Below are positions 12,838-26,069 of a DNA stretch of 64,000 nt, in pieces. The stretch spans positions 496,001 to 560,000 of the forward strand of contig JBEWZL010000124.1 of assembly GCA_045837725.1 (NCBI GenBank). The letters run 5' to 3'. The stretch's first letter is position 1; every line of letters begins with the position of its first letter. The translations under genes were made by a program, and so were the position numbers. Origin of the DNA: Vermamoeba vermiformis. Lineage: Eukaryota. The notes beneath the pieces are model-generated. The model ran no database searches and was not told where the DNA came from. It saw only the letters and a list, made by a program, of their open reading frames with translations.

Positions 12838-15800
12838 TTACACGAGGTCGTCGAATCTGGTGTGCGTGTCAAACTTCACATCAGGATGATCGAGTTGGAA
12901 CTGCGCGCGAGCTTGTAATACAAAGTCACGTGACTCGCTGATCACTTTCTTCAAAAATGCGTTGACCCATACTTGATCCAGCTTAACATTGTTGTGCGAC
13001 AAGAAGTTCAAGAACTGCATGAGTAGTCCCAAGTCACCGTTTAGGTCCATCTTCATCGCCCAGTCGAGCACAGTCTGATGCTCTAATTGATACACAAAGT
13101 TGAAGCAGCCACGCGTCTTGACATGGTTCATCGCTTCTTTGACAAGTGACTGTTTGAGATCGATTGGTAACTGTGCCCATCGTGCTCTAAAGTCGTGTGA
13201 CGAGGCCAAGTACTCGTGATTTGTCACGAGAGCCTTCGCTATTAGAGGCCATTTTTCTATATCACAGTACGTTAGATGCGTCCTACTTAACAAATAATAG
13301 CCTTACCTTGGCGCGGCAGTTGATTGAACACAATGTCCAAGTGCTCTTTGTCACCGACTTCAATCAAACAAATCAAGCACAGTGAGTACGAGTCTTGGTT
13401 TGTAAACTTGTCAATCACGTCAGTAATTACGCGTCTGAACCTTTCGTGGCCTAATTTGACCAACCCCTGCAAAGCAAAGTTAGCGTGAAAAGTTTGAACT
13501 TTATGATGACTTACGAGTGAGGCCAAGTAACTCGCAGATCGTGAGTATTTGAACAATAGACTCTCATCTTGTTGTTCGACATGTCGCACGAGCAATGTGA
13601 CCATTTCTTTGGGCACGTGTTTGTCTGACAACAAAAATTCACGCGTGAAGTCCACCACTGTGTCACGGGGCAATTTTCCAGCCTGAACGAGCATCGTCAT
13701 TTTCTCTGTCATAAATCATTAGTACCCGACACCAACTATACATAATATTAATATGACTGATGAGCTCTCTGAATGCTTACTGGCAAAATGTGCGTCAACA
13801 GATGAACTCAAGTGAGCAAAAACGTCTTCTTGAATAGCTTTCAAATCGTCCTCTAGTGTCTCGTCGACAAAGCCATTGTCCAGCACGAATAATAAGAACT
13901 TTAAATAAGGCGATCTAATGCGTTGCTTCAAAATATCTTCGTGCACCAATCGTCGGATCAGATCCGTTTCCTCTTTCAACGGGAACTGACGTGCAGCTAT
14001 AACGATCGCATTGGCTGTACCATTCAATAGCTGTTCTGCTGCATATGACATTTCGTCGATTGTCTGGGCCATGGGCAAGATTGTTTTTTCCAAGAATTCT
14101 AAAGTCTCTTTTGGGCGCAAATAAGCCAAAGTTTGCAACGCATTGCCGAGCCAATGACCATTGTTCTCCATATCTGAAGCATCTTTAAGATTGTTTTTGA
14201 CAGTTGTAAGGAGTTCATCGGCCCAAGGAGCAAAAACGGTCGGATCCAGCTTCGTGAATAGTTTTTCCATGAAAAATCCACTTTGTTGCGCGTTATCTTC
14301 GAGCATCTTATTAATATTGTTCATAATAAGGCTGAGCATCTCTTTTCTCTTATGAATTATTCCGATTAAGCTCTTAGCGCCAGTCGACGATGGATTTTCT
14401 AGCAGCAGATCTTGGATCAAACCTTCATCAAAATCATGTTCTAATATTAGACTTAATACTGATGCATTAGGGGTCTCTCTTGCGCATTTCTTCAAGGTGG
14501 TTAATATCTCTGGATGCGCAGGAATATTTTCCTTAATTTCTTTCAGCAACTCTTCGTCGATCTTGTGCTCGTCGTTTGAAATTTGACTTAATTTGTCCGC
14601 AATCTTTTCTACGATAGATCCATCTAGTATACAATCATTAATATAATTAATAAGGCTATCAATCATAACGCTGTACGAAAGAATAATTTTCGAAAATCCA
14701 ACTTACATTTCTTTTCTTTAATCAAATGAATTCGTTCGCCACGTGGTTTCAAATGAGGTCTCAAATGTTTCGCGGAATAATAACAGTCAATTTGCTGCTC
14801 AATATTAGACTCGGAGTGCCCATCAGTAGCTTGATGATACAGCTCTTGATAGGCTTCGTGTAATGAGCGAGGGAAGAATGATGAAATTCCCTCTGATTCC
14901 ACCGCTATAATGCAATAAAATAATGAATATTTTAAATTAAAATAATAGTTGATTCGGATCTGACCTTGAGTATCGAGTTTTTTCTCGGGAATCATTGGCG
15001 GAGCAGTCGATTCCATATAATCATTCCATGCCTCATCAGCAACCCAACAGAAGTTTGACGATGCTATAAATAACCATTAGACCTATTTTAGAAAATAATA
15101 AAGTATTTCATACCTCGAGGAGTAATAATGCCAACTAAATCAGGAATTGAATAGCCATCACTGCTAAGCACTGCCATACTAAAGCTAAATACTGTAGCGC
15201 ATTTTGATCGAATTTTCTTCAGTACGAATCCTAGACAAGACCGTTACAAAACACATCCGCAACTAAAAATGACTTACCAGCCGAAGAAGAGTTCCACACG
15301 AATGTTATATACAAAGGAACGTCATTTTCTCTGACTGAAGAAGCAGTTTTGAGGATCAAATTAAATTTGGCGGCAATCGTAAGTGCCACCGGAAGCGCTG
15401 ATGTATCGGCTGCAATTAAACAAGTAATTGGCCATTTGAAGACCTACATAGTCATTAATATCATATATAATACTAAAGAATGTACTTACCGTCATGAAAT
15501 CGATAAATCGACGCGTTGTAACAGCTGCATCCGGCATACCAAAATTGTAAAGCCAATAAGGATGAATAAATACTCCGTCATCGTGTGTCGTGCCTATAAT
15601 CGAGTAATATTAGAATAAATCGGCAATTAATGTTCTAACACGTACCTAACATAATTGCATTGTGATCGTACAACACGGTCGCTTTGACTCCCGAGAGTGT
15701 TTCTTCATCACTGGATTCATCTTGATCGTCTTCATTGTTCTCATTAGACTCATCCTCTGTAGTGCCTTGCGTCCAAGTAGTACCATGCATGATTGCGTTC

Positions 15801-18217
15801 AGTTGAGTGCGAAGTTGATGGAACACATCCGACTCTTTGAATTTGTCCGCAATCTCAGATGCCTCGCCAATTAATCCTAGAATACATCGTTAGAATATAA
15901 TAGTGCCAAAGATAATATAACTTACCATTAGTAGCATATAATGTGGCCAAAGAGTACTGGTAGTCAACGTTGTTCGGATCTAACTCCGTTGCTTTCTTGA
16001 AATGAGTTTCGCTCTCAAAGAACTTTCCTTGCTTAAATTTGCATTTTCCAGTTGAATTCTCAATCTTACTGATGAACTTTGTGTTGTTGACGTTGCTGCT
16101 CTTAAGCAGTTGTTGGATCTTGTCCAGCTGGTGGTCACGGATGTCGCTCAATGCCTCGGCGTGAAGAGTTTCTTCCATGGCACAATACACTTCATATTGC
16201 AAGAAGAGGGCCTCTACATCATTAGGATGTTTGTCCAAGTACCGACAGACGAGATGATTGGCCCACTATGACGCGTCAATTAGCTATGTCACTATGACAG
16301 GTGTCAAAAATCATTTCAAAATTACCTCGTATTCTTTCTGCCCGTGCGATTTACGGGCTTCTTTAAGCATCAATTCTTCGCTAATATCGATGGTCTAGAT
16401 AATAATAAGTTTTATGATCATAACTATTTTGTCCTCTTACCTCGTACGAGATTGGCTGATTTCTGAAACGAGTTCTACGGCACAACTCGTCGCGTATTAA
16501 TAACAAACTATGCTCGCCCTCTATCGAAATAATAAATTAAAACGATTTCGCAATAAAAATCAAACAGCGTACTGAAGTTCAAAGCCTTGCTCAGCATCTC
16601 TTCGAAGTCTGGATCTGCTACCGATTCTAGGAAGCAAATAATTAGATAACTCTATATATAATGATGTAATGTTAGTTCGTTTAGTGCCTACTTTGTATGG
16701 TTGTGTCTTGAAGTAATTTTACCGCTTGGTTGACGTTCTCATCCACGGACAAGTTGCTGTCAAATGGAATTTCGTGGTAGAATGAAATTAATCCGATAAT
16801 GTCCGGAGATATCGGCGGATAACTGAACTGCAGATTAGACGTGCTGACTTGATGCGCCCACCAGATCTGATTGGGATTTCTGTTTTGCATCATTCGCGCG
16901 TATTCTGACATAGTGCTAGCATTATAGCATACAAATAGGCCTGTTTCATTCTCGGATTCTTCAGTCATTTCAACAACTACAAAATTAATTAATTTAATAA
17001 TTTTTTAAATTTATATTTTCTTTTACCTTCGGTGATGTTGAGTGCCGCTGAAATAATTTTAGCAAAGATTAAGTTTGTATTTGAAGGATGAGCTGCATAA
17101 TAAATCTTCTTAATACTGTCGCTCAAGTTATTTTTAGTCCACAAACTCTTCACTTTCAAAATCGACTGGGCCAATAACTCTAATGACTTTGTACGATCAT
17201 ATAATACCGGGAAATATCCGCCTTCCTGCGAATTCACTTCGAGCAATAAAGACGCGTTGAGAATGTAATTCCACACGCGAATTGAAGCGTTTTCAATGGT
17301 GTCTTGGATCGGGTACAACGAACGAGCGCGTTGCACAAATCCTTCTAACTGCGGAATTAATTGTTCGGCGTCAGATCCGAATGATTTCAATCGTTTTAAG
17401 ACCGCTGAAGCTTGCTGCAATAATCCCGCGTGGATGCTGTCAAAGCCCCACATGTACGTGATGATGGCACTGCGCTGACATACTTGCGGATATTTGGCGC
17501 ATAGTTCAGCGACCTCCTTGTGGTATCCAAAGCCTTCAAAGGCGCAAATTAACTCGCTCATAATCCCTGGAAAATCACGTATTAAATAATCGATTTTTAC
17601 TAAATTTGGAAATGGACTTACGTTCCGAATTGTCAGATTCAAAAGCTCGTAATAAATATGGCATAGCCACCCAGTCGAGATGAACGTCAATAAGTTGATA
17701 ACCGATCTAAAGCAGGATTAATGTCTGGATCAAATCCGGAAAATTTAAATTCAATGAACTTACCTCAAACAGCTCTTCAGTAGTATAGCCATTTAAGCGT
17801 AAAAATTGCTCTATGCCTTCTTGCAAGTTGGGAGCCAAAAAATAAGTCTTGGCAAGCTCATTTATTAGCCGCAAGTAAGTCGCTAAATCCTGTCCTGATA
17901 ATTGTCGGCAAGCCGGATACTGGAAAGCCTTCGGAAAAATAATATTAATATATGGTGATAATATTACTAAGAGTAAGTTTCAAAACCACGCAAACGTCAT
18001 CCAGAAATTAATTTTCAGATCCGAAAAGCCTTTCGGAATTTGATTCTCACATGCAACTACGTAGTAGTCATATTTAATTTGTTCTATAAATATCTTTGTA
18101 AGCCAGGTTAAGTATAGGCCAGTGTTGAGTCGGATGGAAACCACAAAAAAAACAGCAATTTGAGCTTACCTTCCGCAAACGCAAATATTTTGCGTGCAAG
18201 CTCTCGTTGTCCTCCAT
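12838..18217 (-). CDS. Large multi-exon protein: two TPR + alpha/beta modules followed by a HEAT/ARM-like helical region; may be two genes
   Basis: Exons linked by GT-AG sites from MEDNESLHAKYLRLRK; TPR-like FESETHFKKATELDPNNVDYQYSLATLY; modules ending SPDIIGLI and IPDLVGII; Leu-rich helical ORFs 12838-14666. Confidence 0.55.
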
Positions 18218-18377
18218 AGTGTTTAAAATACTAATTGCGACTTTTTTTGGCGCTCACACAAAAATCTCTTCAAATTCTGATCTCGCGTAGTTTTCAGCGT
18301 TTTCACACGGATAAACACGCCGCTCAGCAAATTGCCGAATATATACAAGCATCTATCTAAACCTCGCTACAGAAGTA

Positions 18378-19363
18378 ATGGCGTTCACAAGCTCGATCCG
18401 TGGATCTTTGCTAACAAAAGTCGTGATGCACCCACGGATGAAAGAGACAAATCTAGCGAAAGAACGTATGTTATAATATAAGCAAATATTTCTCATCTTT
18501 GGCTTCTATCGCCTGCAAAAGAATATTCTAATTAATTGCAATTATTTATTTATTTAATTTGAATAATAATGATAAACCTCGCAATTGTGGTGTTCCGAAT
18601 ATCGTATAAATATCATATTAAGCTTCTATTGCTAATTTTACCTCAGTCAATGCAACGATCCATTTCCAAGAAGATCTGGATGTGGACATCAAATTCAAAG
18701 AGTTTGGTTGCATCTACGTAACGCAAAAACAACTTGCCAATACTAACAAGAAATTAATGGACCAAGTTATCGAGAGCTTTGAGCCCTTGCGCTTGTACGA
18801 GAAACCTTTCATCTTCGCCACTTGTCACGACGTGCACACATTATCAGCGCTACAGATGGCAGCCATTGGGTATGTGATCGATAGTAGGTCTCGGCTATAC
18901 TAACAATATATGCTTAGTTTGAATATAACACTGGTGCCTATTGAGAATGATAACGCAGTAGCAGCCTACTTGCATCAGTTGGTAAAGATCCGAGAAATCG
19001 CTTATACAAATGCTTTAAATTATTAATATCATATCTATATAGATGAAAAAGACTGGCACTAAGAAGATGAAGACCAAAGTTTGGAACCCTGAAAATACTC
19101 AAGATCGCATCCACAAACTGACCGACACCGTTACACGAATAGATCCGATGCTGAAAATAGCAACGAGTCTCGCAAAGAGCGTAACATTCAAATACAATAG
19201 TAAGTAGTTATTTTTATATCACTCCATGACAAAAACTAATGCCGCGTCGTCAGCGATGCACAACTTGGCCAACGCTGACTTGCCAGATCTGAAAACAAAG
19301 CTGATCGAACAAAAACAACTGCCTGAAGTCATTCACACCTTCTTCAACGCACCTCTAAAGTAA
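18378..19363 (+). CDS. FAAP24: FAAP24-like protein (inactive ERCC4-fold + HhH2), 5 exons, copy A
   Basis: Spliced product KVVMHPRMKETNLAKEL..FQEDLDVD..GCIYVTQKQL..LSALQ..LNITLVPIENDNAVAAYLHQL..KYNTMHNLANADLPDL..IHTFFNAPLK aligns by eye end-to-end with FAAP24 as recalled (CILYVTEADL, GMVLLPV, SIQQLSNA, IHAFF). Confidence 0.68.
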
Positions 19364-20066
19364 GAATGAAAGGTGGCGACACTGAAGTCAGTCTCGACAC
19401 TGAAGCCAAACGAGCACCACCGATCCAAGCAGCTTATTGACAGCCGGGCGTGTTATTGACAACTGTGTTTGATGGCGCAAGCGCTGTCACTTCACTGGGC
19501 AAGCACTCGAAGGCTGAAACGATCCTTTTTATCTGGGGACATCGCTCCAAACTAATGTCTCGCACCAGTGAACTCCGCATCTCCCCGTCATGGCTTTAAT
19601 CGTGTTCTAATTGTTTGGCACGAATACCTAACGTGGGCTCTACGTTATAAAGGGTGTTGAATATGCTAGCGTACTCAAGCGCATTGTTGTATAGCCTCGG
19701 ATGTGATACCGAAGTACCCAACAAGGCAGGCAGTACCCCGCAAGGCTCGCCGCTCGGACAAGACTGTCAGTCGCTGGACACAAAACAGTATTAACTTATG
19801 TCAGTGCACGTACAACAAAGTTCAAAATTTTTAAATCTGATATAATATGTTAACGAACTTACATACTTTAAATAATAATAATAACTGGTTACAACATTTC
19901 CTAGTTTTAAGACTATATTGTCCAACTGCGTAACTGCGTAAGAACTGGTAAAATTTGGCCGAAAAAATTTCGTGCCGACAAAATTATTGGGATGCCAAAA
20001 AAAGAATGCTTTCGAAATTTTTTCTTTCAAACTCACATTTTCCATACATAAACACAACACTTCAAG

Positions 20067-20253
20067 ATGGGCCCTGGAATAAGCTCTCCAAGCAAGCAAC
20101 CTCAGGTCTCTGGCACCACTAACCAACTTCTATGCATACGATGACGAGCTTACCAAGGAGTCCCCCGAAACTAACACTCTGCCTACCACTCTAGACCCCG
20201 GAACTTCCAGCACTGGGCCTACCACTGTAGATTCCGGTGCCTCCTCACCTTGA
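20067..20253 (+). CDS. Putative Ser/Thr/Pro-rich micropeptide, copy A (about 61 aa if one extra C near 20124 is removed)
   Basis: Same leader (cataaacacaacacttcaagATG) and same end (GASSP*) as the intact ORF 27149-27292; internal PTT(L/V)D(P/S)G repeats. Confidence 0.4.
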
Positions 20254-20786
20254 GTCAGATGTAACATTAGTAGATGCTTGTATAAGGCTTGACGCCAATT
20301 TTGTAATTGTACTCTCAAATAAAAGGACTTTGCACGAGTACATTCGCGAAACTAATTTGTAACGGACCATCGAAAATGTTCAAACTCGCTGTATTTTGCA
20401 TTCCGTAGCGTTCTCAAGAAGCATATGGTGTCTGCTCGGGTTCTATCGCAAGAAACTCGAATGGAAAAAATAATTTGGCCATACGGAAAGGAAAAACTAC
20501 TGATTCCATCTGGATGGAAACCAATTGTACTTCTAAGGTCGGATAATTTGCGTCACGACTCTGGTACACACTTGCCCGGAGGATTTTAGACCTTAACCAA
20601 CAACTTGTACTACTGTCGTGTTTTAGAAATGAAATTTAGCTAAATACGGTGAAACTATTGGTTGACTATTTTTAGAATGGGCCAATCACATTTTACCGCC
20701 GCGGAGCAACGAATACCGCACGCCGCGTGCAAAAAAAGGCACGGGTTTTCCGTCATTCATTTAATTTTGCAAGCACAAGCACAGCA

Positions 20787-20945
20787 ATGAGCGACACACC
20801 GAAATTTAACGGAATGCATTTGGAGCCTGTTGGACCTGGCCAGGGCTACCAACCGACTGGCGAGTTTGTCTATTATCTTGGCACGTTCCTGTGGGTAGAA
20901 AATGATAATGGCAGGGACAAGCCTCTACTCTCCTTCGATTGCTAG
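20787..20945 (+). CDS. Putative 52-aa micropeptide, copy A (MSDTPKFNG...PTGEFVYYLGTFLWVENDNGRDKPLLSFDC)
   Basis: Frame preserved relative to 27964-28122, with synonymous and conservative changes and in-frame indels. Confidence 0.55.
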   Translation: MSDTPKFNGMHLEPVGPGQGYQPTGEFVYYLGTFLWVENDNGRDKPLLSFDC

Positions 20946-21441
20946 TTACAACCGGAGTTGGGTATCGAGGAACAATTTAGTTCATCAAAAGCCGTACGTG
21001 TGGTATTGGCTGAGCCAAATCAATATGCTATCTGTATTAGTGTGCTATTATATTAATGTGACTTTAATAAATATACGTATTCATTCAAATGGATTTTAAG
21101 TTTTCCTTTTCCTTCGTTGGCTCATCGATGTAGATTAAGCCCACTTCGTCCATACTTCGCGGGCACCTCCTTCTTGCCAAGATTATATCAATATATCCTA
21201 AACGTACGTCTGTTAATCATTCGGAATCACCAGTTGGATTAAAACTAATGATAGAAGATGACTTGGTTCCGTTCACTTGGCAGATGATTCTCTCAGAGCA
21301 ATTAGCTAATTTCGCGAAGACTATATATTCTTTGAAAGGATATAAGATGATATTTACCTCCGGGGAATGCCAGTTGACCTTTAGGGGTTGTGTTTGGGTT
21401 TTTTGTGTTGGTGGGTTTTTTTTTAAGACAGGCGACAGACT

Positions 21442-23449
21442 TTATATTATCAATGAAGTACAAAGAGCCAGCAAGATGCATAAGTTGGGCAGTAAGCCAA
21501 GGGAGGCCAAAGAAGCACGTTGCATCAACGAAGGAGCCTGTGCAGTGGGATTGCTTCCTAAGGGGGAGAAACCACCGCCGGAAGGACTGGCCGAACTGGT
21601 GGGACCAACGGAACCAGTTGGACTTGAGGAGCCAGTTGGACTTGAGGAACCGGGACCAGCGACAGGAGGCACGTACCAGCCACCAGGAGGAGCTGCTGCG
21701 TATTGATAGGCCCCCAGATCCGGTGTAGACGGGCGAGGCAATCCTTCGAGATCAAATGCTGCAACATCGCGGGTGTCAATGCCCGCTCCAATGGCCGGTG
21801 AGTTGGCTTGCAAGTGGAAGTTGTACGAGGACCGGTCTACGAACAGAGGATCCTGAGTGACCGCTGCCTGATCCCACGACGGAGCATCTTGACCGTACCA
21901 CAAGTTATTCTGGTAGTCAGCACCGCTCGGAGGTTGTTGTGAATCTCCAAGCAAAACAAACGGACCGAATGAAGGGTCCTGTGAGATGATATTGTTGTGG
22001 AAAACAATGCGTGCATTGGGATAAGGAGCGAAGTACACAGCGGCAGTGAAACCGCACGTAGATGCTAGGAAACCGCTGTCGACCACCGTGTTTGAGTAGA
22101 TATAGATGGTTGTCTCAACGCCGGTCGTCCACCCGACGAATATTTGAAGGCCTGTTTGACCAGAGCAGCCTTCAGGTCCTTCAGGTCCCAGACCAGCATT
22201 GTAGATCAAGTTGTTGTAAATGTAGTTCTTGTTTCCTGTCATGTACGGGCCTGCTAATATACCAGCACCACGTTGATTGATGATCACGTTGTCATGAATG
22301 TAGTTCTCCTCGAAATAGCCTGAATTGGTGCCTTCGCTGTAGAAGTTGACAGCGCAGTAGACGTAATTGTCGTGGAAGTAGTTCCAGGCAACCACCTTGT
22401 TGTACTCTGTGGGCAGACGGGGACTTGATTCTTGTCGTTCCGATTGAAAGTAAAGCACGTGCTCCAGCTTGGACACGGTAGCGGCATTTGTCTGAGCTGT
22501 GTGCAGCAATTCGTTTCCGGCGGCTGTCAAGTTGTTTCCGGAGCCTGCAATGATTCCGGATTGACTGGCGTCGTAGACCTTCTTGCACTCGAATCTGTTG
22601 CCAATAACTCGCCATCCGTCGTACATGGGAATTCCAGTCTCTATTGTACCTACAATGTTGAGCTTTGCCATGGTCCAGTACTTTGTGCTTCCGATGCCAC
22701 TGACGAAAGTTCTTACTGCGCGGCAGTCATCCGAACCAATACTAACGGTCGCTCCTGGGTATCCAATTAAAGCCGAAGACAACCGGTACGCTCCTGTAGT
22801 ATATCCTATTAGTGTCAAGTATATTTCGTAATGCTGGTAAGGAGTACTCACCGTCGACCTGGGTATCAATGCAACCGTCGAGCACTTGCTGGGTAGCGGT
22901 AACACCATCAAGCGCGTAAACAATATCACCCTTTTGCATCTTGTTGAACGCTCCATTGTAAGCAGAGTTGATAATAGTGCGGAACGGACTTGTCCAGGAA
23001 CCTCGTCCATCTCCATCGGTGCCCGATGGGCTGACGAAAATGATTGCGCCAGTGTCTCGGACATAGAAGGGAAGGTCGTTGGAAGTTTGACCGTCGACCA
23101 CGACATGAATCGTCTGGTCTCCTAGCGGAGTCGTTCCGGCAATCTGGAATGCAATCATCTGCATGCCGTGAGAGGCGTAAAGGTTAGCTGGCTCGGTTGC
23201 GTCGCTCCAAGTGTAGACAACTGGTGCTTCGACCCCTCCGCAATACACTTTACTAGTGCCTTGCGAGGAACCAAGGTATTTTCCCCAAATCGTGACGATG
23301 GCTCCGTGCGTACCAGCTGGCTGCCCTTGAGAGGTATCTGAATTCCCAGAGCGCGGACCATCCGCCAAGTCTGAAAAAAAGAGGATGGGGGATTGCGCAG
23401 CCACGAGTTGTACTACAAAGACGAAAATTAAAGCGGTTTTGGTGTTCAT
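21442..23449 (-). CDS. Secreted IPT/TIG + parallel beta-helix protein with choice-of-anchor-Q-like motif and GPI-like tail; one intron (~22808-22851)
   Basis: Signal peptide; PILFFSDLADGP..GAIVTIWGKYLG; IYNNLIYN/IYSNTV repeats; DPLFVD..NFHLQANSPAIGAG..DLEGLPRP..PDLGAYQY; Ser/Pro stalk and hydrophobic end. Confidence 0.85.
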
Positions 23450-24868
23450 AGTAGAGTATACGTAAAGAAATGGATATAAAAAGAATTTTTAAATTTTACG
23501 TTCTTGTTATTTTCTGGATTTAAACTTTTTTACCGGCTATTTACGGCTCGTGTTTACTTTTTATGGCAACTAAAGCGGGGCGAATTTACAATTCGAACCA
23601 GCGGAGGTCAAAAAGGCAACTAAAGCGGACTTGAATCGGCCGCAGATCTGCGGAGCCTATTATTAATTTGTACTGGCTCTCAAGCCTCTGTAGGCAGTGT
23701 AGTTTGAAGGAATAGAGTACTATCTGCCGGTAAAAGTCGGCTGTAGCTGTAGCGGCCATTACCGATCGATAAATTGGCTGCAGTCTCAAAATTGAATCTG
23801 AATAGATGTCGCCTCATCTCAATGTAGTCCGACGACCCGTTTACGACTCAGGGCCCTGCCAAGTCAGTGTGCCTTTGTACTTTTGCATGCCACGCGATCT
23901 CGATGGCGATCGATAGTTTCTTGAGCCAATTGAGTTCGGGCTCTTATTTCAACAAGTCATATAATTTACCATTAGGGATGAACTAGTCACACGGCGAGGC
24001 AAGACACCTAAAAATAGAACGACGTTCGGAGTTTGCTGCCAGTGAAATCTCTCGAAGGAAGGACTCAAAACTCGCAGCAGACAGTGCACTCTTGAGCATT
24101 TTGACAGCAACATCAATTCCGTGCCAAGTGCCCAAGAACACGTCGAAAAAAGGCCCTCCCGATCTTCGCCGTCGTTATAGGCTATTTCCCTTTGAAACGG
24201 ACTCCCCTTGCGCTTGATAGAGTGGCAAAGTCGAGGAGCTGCATTGAAACGTGTTAACATCGAGGATCATCCGTGCACAACACAACAGTTGTTGTGGGGA
24301 GTGTTGCAGTGGGAGTGGCTGGGATTGCAAGGACACGTAAATTTAAAGCGAAGAATGTTCGAGTGAATATTACCGTGATCATTGAGGCTGTTGATGTTCG
24401 CTCTCGATCAGCGCGCGTACAATCGCCACGTGACGCTAATGCTCGGTGAATAAAACCAAGTCGACATTACTCGATTCACAGGCTCATATATCGCAGATGA
24501 ATGACTTGTGTATTTACCTTCCAACACGCGTAGCGTAGTGGTGTTTCGCCGTGGAGATTTTGGGCGTCAATACGTCAACGCACCTTTCTTGGTGAATATG
24601 AATTATTCGTGATGCAATAAAAAAAAAGGGCTATATCGAGTAGCAACTATAGATAGGTGTACATTAATTACTGGTACATAACTAAGCTTGCACGAATTTT
24701 TGAAAAATTGAATTAAAAACTATTAAGCTTAATTACCAGCAATGTTAGGCTGCATCAAAGCATATGAAACACCTCCTTATTTTTGCTATAAAAAATCTCT
24801 TTGTAAGCCAGGTTAAGTACTTGTCAGTGTTGAGTCGTGGATGGACAAAAAACTTCTATTAGAGCTTA

Positions 24869-24917
24869 CCTTCCGCAAACGCAAATATTTTGCGTGCAAG
24901 CTCTCGTTGTCCTCCAT
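24869..24917 (-). pseudogene. Orphan duplicate of exon 1 (MEDNESLHAKYLRLRK) of the 12838-18217 gene
   Basis: Identical exon and GTAAG donor, but similarity ends ~80 nt further on and no downstream exons follow. Confidence 0.55.
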
Positions 24918-25090
24918 AGTGTTTAAAATGTTAATTGACGTTTTTTTTGGCGCTCACACAAAAATCTCTTCAAATTCTGATCTCGCGTAGTTTTCGGCGT
25001 TTTCACACCGATCAACACCGCTCAGCAATCAAATTGCCGAATATATGCAAGCATCTTGAAATTTGTTAACTTGTAGGTAAATAAGAAGTA

Positions 25091-26069
25091 ATGGCGTTCA
25101 CAAGCTCGATCCGTGGATCTTTGCTGACAAAAGTCGTGATGCACCCAAGAATGAAAGAGACAAATCTAGCGAAAGAACGTATGTTATAATATAAACTTAA
25201 TTTTCTTATTTTTGGCTTCTATCGCCTGCAAAAGAATATTCTAGCAATTATTTATTTTTTTAATTTGAATAATATTGATAAACCTCACAATTAGTGGTTT
25301 TCCTAATATCGTGTAAATAACATATTATCGTCTATTGCTAATTTTACCTTAGTCAATGCAACGATCCATTTCCAAGAAGATCTGGATGTCGACATCAAAT
25401 TCAAAGAGTTTGGCTGCATCACGTGACGCAAAAACAACTTGCCAATACTAACAAGAAATTAATGGACCAAGTTATTGAAAGCTTTGAGCCCTTGCGCTTG
25501 TACGAAAAACCTTTCATCTTTGCCACTTGTCACGACGTGCTCACTTTATCAGCGCTACAGATGGCAGCTATTGGGTATGTGATCGATAGTAGGTCTCGGC
25601 TATACTAATAATATATGCTTAGTTTGAATATAACGCTTGTGCCTATTGAGAACGATAACGCAGTAGCAGCCTACTTGCATCAGTTGGTAAGATCCGAGAA
25701 ATCACCTACACGAATAGCTAGCTAGCTTTTGAATTAATATCCTATATATAGATGAAAAAGACTGGTATTAAGAAGATGAAGACCAAAGTTTGGAACCCTG
25801 AAAATACTCAAGATCGCATCCACAAACTGACCGACACCGTTACACGAATAGATCCGATGCTGAAAATAGCAACGAGTCTCGCAAAGAGCGTAACGTTCAA
25901 ATACAATAGTGAGTCTTTTTATTATCACTCCATGACAAAAACTCATGCCGCGTCGTCAGCGATGCACAACTTGGCCAATGCTGACTTGCCAGATCTGAAA
26001 ACAAAGCTGATCGAACAAAAACAACTGCCTGAAGTCATTCACACTTTCTTCAACGCACCACTGAAGTAA
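25091..26069 (+). CDS. FAAP24: FAAP24-like protein, copy B; 1-nt deletion near 25420 (pseudogene or sequencing error)
   Basis: Exons near-identical to copy A with mostly synonymous changes; TGC ATC TAC GTA in A versus TGC ATC -AC GTG in B. Confidence 0.62.

Larger units (their letters stand above)
18085..21150 (+). repeat. Segmental duplication, copy A (~3.1 kb)
   Basis: Collinear similarity to 24785-28312, from ctttgtaagccaggttaagta to agatta.gcc..cttcgtc. Confidence 0.93.

Noticed and set aside
19440-19790. Structured ncRNA (small GC hairpins)
   Set aside because: No recognisable family, and the internal inversion in copy B would disrupt a conserved fold.
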